DNA of 63,737 nt, counting the filler, from Chrysochromulina tobinii (taxonomy: Eukaryota): NCBI GenBank assembly GCA_001275005.1. It is 6 parts of 6 records of this genome, joined end to end, with 100 filler letters (N's around TTAATTAATTAA, not from the genome) between each part and the next. Parts side by side here need not be neighbours in the genome. Positions count along the whole stretch, not along the records: positions 37,910 to 55,839 come from JWZX01000894.1; positions 55,940 to 63,737 come from JWZX01000897.1; 4 more parts are not named here. The stretch is one strand, 5' to 3'. Positions 53,884-63,737 of this stretch are shown here, one piece after another; within the stretch, counting starts at the first letter, position 1, and every line of letters starts with the position of its first letter. A program made the translations under genes and the position numbers. The notes beneath the pieces were generated by a model. That model saw nothing but the letters and a program-made list of their open reading frames with translations, did no database searches and was not told where the DNA came from.

Positions 53884-55581
53884 CTAGAGCGCCGTCGCGG
53901 GCGCATGGCGCGCGAGCCTGGACGGCACAAGGGCTCGGGCCACCGCGTGCCGAAGGTGGCGCGCGCCGTCGAGCAGGTTGTAGTACGCGACCTGCCAATC
54001 GATCGTCCTGTCAACGAGTCTTCGCTGTGGATTGACGACATGTGCTCTTGTCAATCCTGCACCGGGAGGCGAGCCGTCGCTGAGTATGCCGACGTCGCCG
54101 CTGCTAGCGCCGCTGCCCGTTTGGGTGGCAGCCATAAGGAGAGCGAGCGCCTCGATGGCGACGGCCTCGGCGGAAGCGGCGGGGACAGCGGCAAGAGCAG
54201 CAGCCCCAGCAGCCGCAGCCGCAGCACCACCATGATCAGCCCCAATGGATGTGGCCCCAAGGGATGCACCCTGCGGCCGGACGCTCGAGTAGACGGCGTA
54301 ATTGGCGCCATCCTGAGCGCCATCCTCCTGCACAGAGATGGGCGGCTGGACGCGCTCCGAGATTCGCTCCGAGATTCGCTCCGAGATTCGCTCCGAGATT
54401 CGCTCCGAGATTCGCTCCGAGATCCGGAGCGGCTCGTGCGCGATGCTCGCGTAGAGGGCGAGCAGCGCCGTATCGGGCACCGCGCGCAGCGGCACGCACC
54501 GGTGGACCGAGTCGACGTATCTGAGCGCAAAAACACGGAATGTTCACACGGTACGTTCACACGGTACGGTATGTGAGAGGCGCAATCCGAGGCCATCAGA
54601 GAGGCAATGAGCATGCACGCACTGTCGCGGCTGGATCTTGGGGCTTATCGCCGGGTTGTGCAGGTCGGTGTTGAGCATGATGAGGGAGTAGATGAGGGTA
54701 TACACCGCATCGCGCGCCGTCTTGAGCTCGGATTCGCTCAAGACGGCGCTCAGCCCGATCGCCGCCGCCGTGCCCGACGGCGGACACTCACGGTCGTCGA
54801 TCGAAACAAAGACCTCATCGTGGTCGGGATCGTCGCCACCCTCGCTGTCCGACGTGGGCGTCGTCGCTGTCGCAGGCTGCGGCTGCTCAGCGACGCCAAG
54901 GCCGATTCCGAGGTCTGCGAGGCAGTGCGCATTCTGAGTGACCCAACTGCGCGCAAAGCATCCAATGACGCGATCGGCGCCAGATCCCGCGTCTATGGGC
55001 AGAAACGGGAAGCGGAGCAGGAGCGCCCGCAGGGCGATCAGTGGTGTCGACCCAACGATTGGTATCGGGCTCAGGAAGCGTGTGAGAGTTGTCCGAGGCT
55101 GCCAGTCGGCGCACACGAAGGCCGCAAGGCGCCGCTTCTCGTTGAGAGGAATCCAGCGGAGGAGTGTGCGTAAGGTCTCGTGCCAGTCCTCGAGGGCGGA
55201 GTGGCCGCACTCGGGCGAGATGATGCCCTGCAGCCTGATCAGGTCGACCATCTGCTTGACACTCCGGCGAAGGCAACCCATCGCCACGACCTCCAGGTAG
55301 ATGAGCAACGTGCGCCAGTCGCGTGGCCCAACAGCTATATCGACTGCGCAGGTAGGCATCTTGAGGCCCCATGTGAGACCTATGGCGTTGGACCACGTGC
55401 TCGGCAGACAGACGGGGCCCCAGCGCTGCCGCACCAGGTGCTGCCAGAATCGACAGCCATCCTGTCGGGAGACATTGCGCAGGCCCTTGCACGTGCCTTC
55501 GCAGGCGGTAAGCGAGGAGATGTCGAGGTGCTCGAGCAAGTGCAGCAACGCGTCGAGTGGAAGGTCGAGGATTGAGACCAT
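53884..55581 (-). CDS. F-box + Sec7 domain protein (FBXO8-like architecture); intron 54521-54622
   Basis: F-box ILDLPLDALLHLLEHLD..TCKGLR..W. Sec7 ALRALLLRF..ADRVIGCFA..DAVYTLIYSLIMLNTDLHNP, continuing after splicing as QYVDSVHRC..PDTALLALYASIAHEPL. Confidence 0.82.
54355..54428. repeat. 12-bp coding tandem repeat x6 (ISER on the minus strand)
   Basis: ctccgagattcg repeated. Confidence 0.95.
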
Positions 55582-55839
55582 TCGAGGCTCTGCGTGCTTC
55601 GATGGGCGTCCGGATGCAAAAGCCGCGCGCAATCCTGGGCGTCGTTCGTGGGATGGGCGTGAACAGTGCGTGAACACCAACGCTGAGATCCCCGTGTTGG
55701 CTCTGTGAGGCTCCGCGGATTACATGATACATGTATTTCAGTCGATAGACTTTCACACTTGGTGTTGTGAGATCACATTCACTTTGTGCAAACGCGACAA
55801 GGCGCGGTGATGAAGGAATCATCAAGCTGAGACTCCTCA

Positions 55840-55939
55840 NNNNNNNNNNNNNNNNNNNNNNNNNNNNNNNNNNNNNNNNNNNNTTAATTAATTAANNNNN
55901 NNNNNNNNNNNNNNNNNNNNNNNNNNNNNNNNNNNNNNN
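55840..55939. other. Artificial contig-joining spacer
   Basis: N44-TTAATTAATTAA-N44. Confidence 0.98.
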
Positions 55940-56314
55940 GCCGCCGTCTCGAGCAGCGCCCGAGGGAGCGCGCGGCCGCCTTCCGCCCGAGACGACGCGT
56001 CGTCCAGCGCCCGAGACGGCGCGCCGTACAGCGCCCGAGGAAGCGCGCGGCCGCCTTCGCCGCGGAGGGTGGGCTTCCAACCGGGAGCGGACCAGGCCCC
56101 TGTGGGGGACGGCGCGCCGTATCGGGCGCCAAGCACCGGCCGGCAACGCCCCCCGCTCGCCGCGCCGCCAGCCGCGCCGCCAGCCGCGCCGCCGCCAGCA
56201 CGCGCCGCCTCGTCGCGCGAGCGTATGGCAGAGCTCGCTGAGCTCCTTAAGCTTCAGCTGATTAGCCAGGAGGAGTTCGATTCGAAGCGCAAGGCGATCC
56301 TCGACGCGATCTGA
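55940..56314 (+). CDS. 3' fragment of a protein ending in a SHOCT domain
   Basis: C-terminal ERMAELAELLKLQLISQEEFDSKRKAILDAI* fits the SHOCT consensus L..L..L...G.IS.EEF..KK..IL. Confidence 0.7.
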   Translation, partial: AAVSSSARGSARPPSARDDASSSARDGAPYSARGSARPPSPRRVGFQPGADQAPVGDGAPYRAPSTGRQRPPLAAPPAAPPAAPPPARAASSRERMAELAELLKLQLISQEEFDSKRKAILDAI

Positions 56315-57016
56315 GCGCGCTCTTCTGGGCACTCTCAAGCGTTGTGATGGGCACTCTCGAGCGCTGTGCCGCTTGGTGCTCCAGTGCGCCTGCACATATG
56401 TGAGAGCGCAGCGCGCGCCGTAAAATTATTACATACGATCAAGTCTGTGTACCGGCGGGGCTCCACGCGAATCTCCACGCCCGAGCCGTTACGCGTGTCG
56501 CGTCGAGTAATTTTTGCTCCACCGTCCCGGCACCCGGCTCGTCTCCTGCCACCTGCGAGTCCCCAGTCCGACGTAAGTAGATATTGGCCGGGGTCGCGTT
56601 GTACATCATCTGACATCCGATCTGTACACTGTAGCGCGAAGCGCGCTTAGCCGTGACGGTACAGCTGACGTGAGAATGCGACAGGACACCGGTGGTGCAC
56701 CGACTGCACACGGAGCAGCCAACCGAACCATACATGCCAAGACCAGCGCTAAAGACCATGACGTTCGTCGCGTCGACATTCATGCCAAGACCAGCAACGG
56801 AGCGAGCGCGGCGCGCACGTCAGCCCGCGGTCCCCGCCACCGCCCACACAGTCACACAGGACGCGCCGCCGTGGCGTGACGGGCTCCGCCGCGCAGCCCC
56901 ACACCAACTGCCCCACACATGATGCCCACCTCGCGGCCCACCTCGCGCGATGCGCGTCTCCAGGCTTCGCCGCATCTCTCCCCTCTTGCGCCAACTTTCT
57001 CTCCTCTCTTTCAGCT

Positions 57017-58200
57017 CTACACGTTGAGTGCGACGTCGCGCAGGCCGCGGCAGAGCGGGGCATGTTGAGCTTGTGGCACAGTAGTCGGTCTTGGTGCCGT
57101 GCTGTCCGTACACGGGACGCAACGGAAGTGCAGCATCGCCGCCCCTTCCGCCGGGTCGTCGTGCACCGAGAAGAGCAGATGGCACAGCAGCGCGCCGTCG
57201 ACGCCGTCGTCCCACGTGGCGGGCGCGCTCGGAAGCGCCGCGAGCGCCTGCACCCACATGTCGCACGTCACAACCAAGTCCTGCTCGTGGTCGAGCCGAG
57301 CGTCGCGTATGCCCACGCAACTTCAACGTCGACGTAACATGCGCCGACATCGCTCCTCGTCCCTGCATGCTGCAAGAATGGCCATCCATCCCCGTGTGTT
57401 GCGTCCCTCCCCGCAACCCGCCGTGTGTTGCGTCCCTCCCCGTGTTTTGCGTCCCTCCCCGTGTGTTGCGTCCCTCCCACACACGTCACGCCGCCACGTT
57501 GCGCAGCCTTCGGTAGTGTGGCATGTTCAGCTGGTGGCCTAAGGAAGGAGCGTGGGTACGCGTGGGGTGTGAGCGGCCGGGAAGGGTGCAGGGAAGAAAG
57601 CACGCAGTGTGGCGGCGTACAATAGCCAGCTCCGCTGCCCAAGCGGGCCGCACCGGAAGCGTACCATCGCCGCTCCGTGGAGCGGGTCGTTGCGCACGCC
57701 GAAGAGCAAGTGGCACAGGAGAGGGCCTCGTCGATGCCGTCATCCCACGCGCAGCGGGCGAGGGTGGCAGCGCCGCCTTCCACATATCGCACGTGATCTG
57801 CAGGTCCTGCTCGTGGTCGAGGTGGAGGTGCGCGAGTCAGTTGGCCGCGTCGGACGCGGAGAGGTCGATCGTGGCGTCGCGGGGGCACGGCGCGCCGCTC
57901 ACCCTCCCGACGCACCTCAGAAGCGGGCCGTTGAAGGCGGCGAGGAAGGCGGCACGGTAGTGCGCGTTGGCGTGGGCCACAAAGGCAGCCCAGCACGCCT
58001 CGTCGAGCACGGGGCGCATGATGCGCGCGATGCGCGAGCTGGGCGCGGTCACGAGCGCACTCCAGCGCTGGCTGGCACGGCGGCGGCGCGCAAGCGGGCT
58101 ATGGATGGGCGAGGCACTTGCAGGCGGCTCGTCCACATCGAAAACTCGATCTCATCGAACTCGAGCACGGCCTCGCACAGGATGAGGTCCTCATGCTGAT
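57017..58200 (-). pseudogene. Two degenerate tandem copies of an unknown LDHEQDL..TCDMW..WDDG.D..FRC domain
   Basis: Copy A at about 57640-57840 is preceded by an in-frame stop and is frameshifted. Copy B at about 57100-57300 has the same motif order. A 19-20 bp minisatellite separates them. Confidence 0.5.
57391..57480. repeat. 19-20 bp minisatellite (ccgtgtgttgcgtccctcc) x4
   Basis: Directly visible. Confidence 0.9.
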
Positions 58201-58352
58201 CTGTGGTCACTGTATCAAGGCGGCACTCCACGCGCTCCTCATGCTTGACGGGGTGCTTGCGCTTGAACTGCTTGCCCACCGGGTCGCAGAGCTCCAGCAT
58301 GTTCGTCGTTGGGAAGTCGGGCGGTTCACAGCTTGGCGTGCGCTTGAGCCAC

Positions 58353-61300
58353 TCAGAGCTCCAAGTGGGAGGGGTCGCCTCGCCAAGCGTCTCGGAGGGC
58401 GCGCTTGGCTTGCTCATCGAGGTTATTTTTGCAGAGGCTGCGCAGAGGGCAGAGGGGCATCTTCGTCAGGTGGCAAGGAGTAGTGGTGAGCGTCCGATGG
58501 CAGGATATGCAAGGAAAGAAAAGCAAAGAGCAGTGTGGTGAGCATCCATGGCAAAACGTACCTAATTTTGGTCAGCCCGCCATTAACACGCAGGGCGTCG
58601 GCGATTGCAGAGACGCCCTCTGCGGTGTAGGTGCCTTGTTGGTCGCCTTGTTCGTCGTCAGTCCAGATGCCACACAGCTTGTTTCCGGAGAGGTCGATGC
58701 CTGTCAGCCCGCCATTAACACGCAGAGCGTCAGCAATTGCTGTGATCCCCTCTGCAGTGTAAGTTCCACGCCCATCAAGACCGAGGCCGCACAGCTGGTT
58801 GCTGGAGAGGTCCAGGCTTGTCAGCCCGCCATTGACGTGCATGGCGTCGGCGATTGCAGTGATGCCCTCTGCAGTGTAAGTTCCTACTCCATACCAATCG
58901 AGGCCGCACAGCTGGTTTTCGCTGAGGTTGAGGCTCGTCAGCCCGCCTGTGACGGCTACCATAGCAGCCACAGCGTTTGCTCCAACTGGACTGATGCTAT
59001 TGTTCTTGAAGTTGAGCGAGTCGAGCTTGGTCTCCTTGTTACTCTGGATGGCCTTGCAGATTGCGCTTACACCCTCATCCTTGAGGTAGTTATGGGATGC
59101 ATTCAGGGCCGTCAGCCCGCCGTTGACGCGCAACGCGTCTGCGAACACCTTGGCGCCTTCCGGACCAAAACGGTTCCAGCTGACATCGATTTTCGTCAGC
59201 GCGCCATTAACGCGCAGGGCGTCGGCGATTGCAGTGATGCCCTCTGTGGTGTAGATGCCCTTTCCATCTTGCCAGCCTAATCCGCAGAGAGTGTTGCCGG
59301 AGAGGTCGATGCTCGTCAGCCCGCCCATGACAGGTATAAGAACCGCCAGGACCATGACTCCCTCGACTCCAATGCCCTTCCACTGCAGGTCCAGCTCCGT
59401 TATCGAGTTGGCGCGAATCTCCTTGATCGGAATCTCGTTGAACATCTCGATCTTGAGGTTGCCGAGGATAGCCGCTGAGAGCTGCTCAGCGCTGTCGCCC
59501 GCGATGTTGTTGCTGCGGACGTCGACGCGTGTGAGCGCGCCGTTGACGACAAGAGCGGCAGCGAGCTCCTTGATGCCCGTCATGTCCGTGCCGTATTTGG
59601 TGAGGTGATTTCCGGACAGGTTGATGCTCGTCAGCCCGCCTGTGACGGCGACCATAGTAGCAACTGCGTTTGCTCCAATTGAACCGATGCCGTTCTTCTT
59701 GACGTTGAGCGACGCGAGCTTGGTCTCCTTGTTACTCTTGATGGCCTCGCAGACTGCGCTTGCGCTCTCATCTTTGAGGTCATTGAAGGACAAATCCAGG
59801 GCCGTCAGCGCGCCCATGACGGGTATGAGTCCCGCCACGACCATGCCACCCTCGACTCCGACGTACTTCTCCTTCAGGTCCAGCTCAGTGAGCGAGTTGG
59901 CGCGCATCTCCTTGATCGGGATTTTGTTGAAAATCTCGATCTTGAGGTTGCCAAGGACAGCAGCTGCGAGCTGCACAGCGCCGTCGCCCGCAATGTTGTT
60001 TTCGCGGACATCGATGCTTGTCAGCCCGCCATTGACGCGCAGAGCGTCGGCAATCGCTGTGATTCCCTCCGCAGTGTAGGTGCCGCCGTAGACGTTCACT
60101 CCGCAAAGTGAGTTGTTGGAGAGGTCCAGGCTCGTCAGCCCACCGTTGACCTTCAGCACCTTTGCTAGTGCCTTCGACCCGCTTGTTTGAGGATTCTGCC
60201 CGCACAGGTTCAGTTGGTGGCACCCCTCACCGTGCACAAGCAGCAGTCCGCTCAGCAACTCCGCATTTCGCGGCCCAAGTGGAGGCTTCCTTTCTGAGAG
60301 GTCGAGCACCTTCGGGAAGACCGTCAGGAGGTCCTTCAAGGTCGCAAACGAATCTTTCACGACGTCGCGCTCCAGCAGCACTGCCAGCACATCCTTCTGC
60401 TGATGGAGGGCGGCGAGCTCAACCGGGAACAGCCCCTCCGCATCACGCATGCTCTCTGAGCCAGGGGCATGCTTGAGTGCCTCTTCCATCAGCACTTTGT
60501 CGTTCCACCGGGCTGACGCGTGCAGAAGCGTCCACCGGTGCTCGCGCTCTACGTCTGTCCACACGCTAGCATCGCGCTCGAGCAACACACGCGCAACAGT
60601 TATGTGGCCGGAAGCGGCCGCAGCCAAGGCGGGCGTGTTACCTGTGGCGGCGTCCTTGATTGCGCGGAATGGGCCCGTGCCGGGCGGCGGCTTAAGCTTT
60701 CGCCAACCGTCATCGCCACGCTCACCGATGCTCAGCCGTAGCTCGCCGCCGCTGAACCGACCGCTCAATGCCGGAAAGAAGCGCTTCTCCTCCTTTGGCA
60801 GTGGCACCTCGACCCACTCGCCATCGTTGAGCGCAAAGAAAGCGACGTGGCGTGTCATGTCGATTGCCACGCCCAGCTTGTCGCCTTTGCTCCATTTTTG
60901 AAGCCCAGCACGTTGCCCGCACACCTCCATTACACTGCATGAGTGGTTGTCAAAGATCTCGAATGGTATGTTGCAGTAGACAGTGCCGCGGCTCTCGAAC
61001 CCAATGGAGCTCGTATCACGGCCAAGGGCGACGCCGCGCACTGCCTCCATCTTCTTCCCATAAACATCCTCATTACACGTCGCTATCGCAGTCAGAGCCC
61101 CCTCAACACCAGGAGGAATGAAGGCGTCCACAACAGCGTCGTCCGCGCTCCACCCAACGCTCAGCTCGGGGGGGCATGTGAACCAACCATCCCAACCAAC
61201 CTCTACCCCCTGCTCGATGGGCACCTCAACCACCTCCACCTCAAACCGCCAGCAGCCATCCTCCACGGCAGCGGAGGTGAGCCCAGCCATCCACGCGCCG

Positions 61301-63737
61301 ACGGCAAGATTCTCACGAACGAAACGCTTCGAACCGCCATCGTCCTCAAATTGTGGAACGCAACCTTTTGCAACCAGCCCACGCACGCGTGCACCGCGCT
61401 CGCTGCCCTGACTGCCAACCTTGTTCTTGACCAAGGCCAGCTCCGCCACAAGATGGGCTCGCGCGCCAGCGTTTGCGTCGTTTTTGAGCAGGAGCATCAC
61501 CGCCTCTTCGTTGCCGGCCACAGCCGCCACGTACAGCGCCGTTTGCCCGTGGTCATCGGGCGCGTCGACCGCCGCCACCTTCATCGCCGCGTCGCCTGCC
61601 ACCCCTTTCGACGCGTTGGACTCGCTCTCCGCCGCCATGTCCTTGCATGCGTCGAGCGCAAGGCACAGCACCGCCACGTTGCCCTCCCTTGCCGCCTCGT
61701 GCAGCAGCGTCCCGTGCGCCCGCTTGGCCAGCCTTGCGGTCAGCAGCGTCTGCAGGTTGCGGCCAACTTGCTCGAGCGCGCCCCCGTGCAGCTCCACCGC
61801 GCCAACAAGCTTGCGCAGCACGCGCAGCCGCGCAGCTAAGCCTGCGTCCGCCAGCACCGCGTCGACCAGAAAGTCGAGCGCCTGCTCCTCGATGACCGAG
61901 TCATCCTCCTCGCGCGCAAGGCGCAGCTGCGACAGAGGCGAGGCGGACAGGCCCGCCAACAGCCGCTCGAGTGGACGCGCCTTGGCCGACTTTAGCAACC
62001 GAGCTGCGTTGGCAGCGACCTCTGCAACTCCAACAGCAGGTTCACTCGTCACGATGGATTTCGTCGCTTCATTCGTGCGCTTACTCGCCTTGGCCTGCTC
62101 GTCCAGAAGGGACTCAACGTCCGTGAGGCTCGTGCCGTCAAAGGCGCGGTGGAGCGAGGCGACCAGGCCGCTCGCCGCCAGGTACTCCTGAACCGTCTTG
62201 TGGACAAAGCTCAGCTCCCCGGAGCGAGTCGTCAGGGGCGCCGCCTTGAGCATGGCCATCACCTCCACATCCTGAAGGTAGGCGGCGAATGGCGAAGGAG
62301 CACTGCTAGTCTCTAAGCGGCGAATGAGCTCACTGCCAGACCCCGTCATGTCCAGCTTCGACACGTTTTCGATCGTCATCCGAAGTGCGAGCGACCTGCC
62401 AAGCGCGTCCGCCTCCAGCACGACTTTGGCGGGCGTCGCGCCGGTCGCCCGGCCCGCCCCCTTGTCCGCCTCGCGTTGGATCCTGCCATTGGAGAGAAAA
62501 GGGGCGACACGCCGAGTTTGGAAATGTTTCGGTGTGTAGCACGTGTGTGCGGCGGGAATGAGAAGGCGCGCACCACATCCTAGTCCAGAGCTCGTAGATG
62601 AAGAGGCGCCGCACGGGCTTGCGGGCAAGCACGCGCAGCAGAATGCGAAGCAGGCGGTCAGCAGTCAGCTCTTTTCCTAGCTTTTCATCGAGACGCACAG
62701 CGTCCGCGCGTCTCTTCAGCCGTTCGTACATGTTGCGGTACCTATCGCCTTGCTGCGAGTCATCCAGAGCCTCTCGGATATCGCCAAGCCCATTCGGCAG
62801 CAATGGCGGGTCGTTCTCCGCCTTGGCAATGCGCAACTGCGCCCAGCACGCGTTCGTCACCGCCTCGTTGCCAAGTAGTGCAAGCATCTCGGACTTGAGA
62901 GCAGGCTCTGCGGGGCTCGCCGCCGCCGCTAGGTTGTGAAGGATCTCCACGATGATCTGCGAGGGGCACACAGGCCAGCATCATGGCGTGAGAGGGCTGA
63001 AGCACATGCTTTTGGTCTGAAAGGCTCAAGCTATAGGCTGGGGCGGTGCTCAAGCGGTGTGCTTCTCAAGCGGCGCACCTGCTGCATGAATGGCGTGCGA
63101 ACCAGTTCCTTGAGCTCGGGGATCGCCTCAAACGCCTCTCGATACTGTGCGAAGCTCCACAGCTCCGCACCCTGGCCGTACTGGGAGGCGAGTTCGGTGG
63201 GCCTGCTCTGAAGCCGCTCCAAAAGGTCCGGGCCACGGAGCGTCGCAAAAAGGCAGACCATCCCGAGGCGCTCAGCGGCACTAGGGTCATTCAAGGGGCT
63301 CGGTACGCTCTTCTTGAAGAGCTTGGATGCAGATTCTAGCGTTTTCTGGAGCGTCGGTGTGGCATCGGCCGTGGCGGCGGCGCCAGTTGGGTTGGGCTTG
63401 CTGCCCACCTCCCCGTCGGTGCTTGCCTGTTGAGCCGCAACTGTAGCGGCGCGGTAGGCCGCGACAAGCTGTTTGGCGCAATCTGGTCCGACTTTAAACG
63501 CCTCCTCGAAGCTCTTCTCATCCGGCTCGACCTCGCGGTTCGTAGGCGGGATGGGCCCATATTTCCGCTCAAAGGCCTTGCGCGCTTCGAGGGCTGCGTG
63601 CGCAGCAAAGTAGTCTTGGACCTTATCGTCAACGCGGGCGATACGCACCTGAGAGAAGTAAGGCCGCGCCTCTGTCTCCTCGTCCATGTCTTCGTTGTCC
63701 GCTGCGAGGGGCAAGAACCACTTCTCATACTCCGCTG
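58353..63737 (-). CDS. NLR-like protein, 5'-partial: NACHT-associated helical/winged-helix region - ankyrin - SPRY - ankyrin - long RI-type LRR array; introns 62957-63078, 62483-62573, 58438-58561
   Basis: HD1-like LKELVRTPFMQQ|IIVEIL, WHD motif SFVHKTVQEYLAA, ankyrins (GTLLHEAA, GQTALYVAA, GNTPALAAA), SPRY (WRFEVEV..VGWS..WSKGDKLGVAIDM..FFPALS) and many ADALRVNGGLTSLDLS.N LRRs. All three GT-AG introns restore the frame; the last exon ends LRDAWRGDPSHLEL*. Confidence 0.85.

Noticed and set aside
57391..57480. Short direct repeats as a possible CRISPR or iteron set
   Set aside because: Simple minisatellite without unique spacers of regular length.
1..63737. tRNA, rRNA or prokaryotic operon/defence-island features
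   Set aside because: None recognised by eye; spliceosomal introns and eukaryote-specific domains indicate nuclear eukaryotic DNA. A tRNAscan/Infernal run would be needed to exclude small RNAs.

Overview
This is GC-rich eukaryotic nuclear DNA with GT-AG introns. The repeat style and gene families suggest a haptophyte alga (Chrysochromulina-like); that assignment is inference. The window is not one contiguous locus. It holds six contigs (1-15775, 15876-26335, 26436-34343, 34444-37809, 37910-55839, 55940-63737) joined by five artificial 100-bp N/TTAATTAATTAA/N spacers, so adjacency across a spacer means nothing. Contig 1 carries a RING+PHD/PZP chromatin protein, an LRR protein, a run of glycan-related genes (SLC35A-type transporter, 2OG oxygenase, two glycosyltransferase-like genes, a methyltransferase), a MYND-TPR gene and the 3' end of a Ty1/copia element. 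Later contigs carry an SH3/IQ coiled-coil protein, a TIR-SAM-ankyrin protein facing an armadillo-repeat gene, a tyrosine-recombinase relic and an ODA-docking-like coiled-coil gene. They also carry a HET/TIR-like + 42-aa TPR gene with an in-frame stop, Sfi1-like, ZMYND10-TPR-CS fusion, DUF3431-like, Mpv17/PMP22 and F-box/Sec7 genes, and a large NLR-like gene with ankyrin, SPRY and LRR domains. The most interesting signals are (i) a multi-architecture innate-immune-like repertoire, (ii) introns apparently born from exon-junction duplications, one filled with telomere-like repeats, (iii) a (TCAAG)n tract flanked by a 13-bp target-site-like duplication, and (iv) the ZMYND10 fusion lacking its MYND finger. 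Domain calls are by-eye motif recognition; no searches were run.
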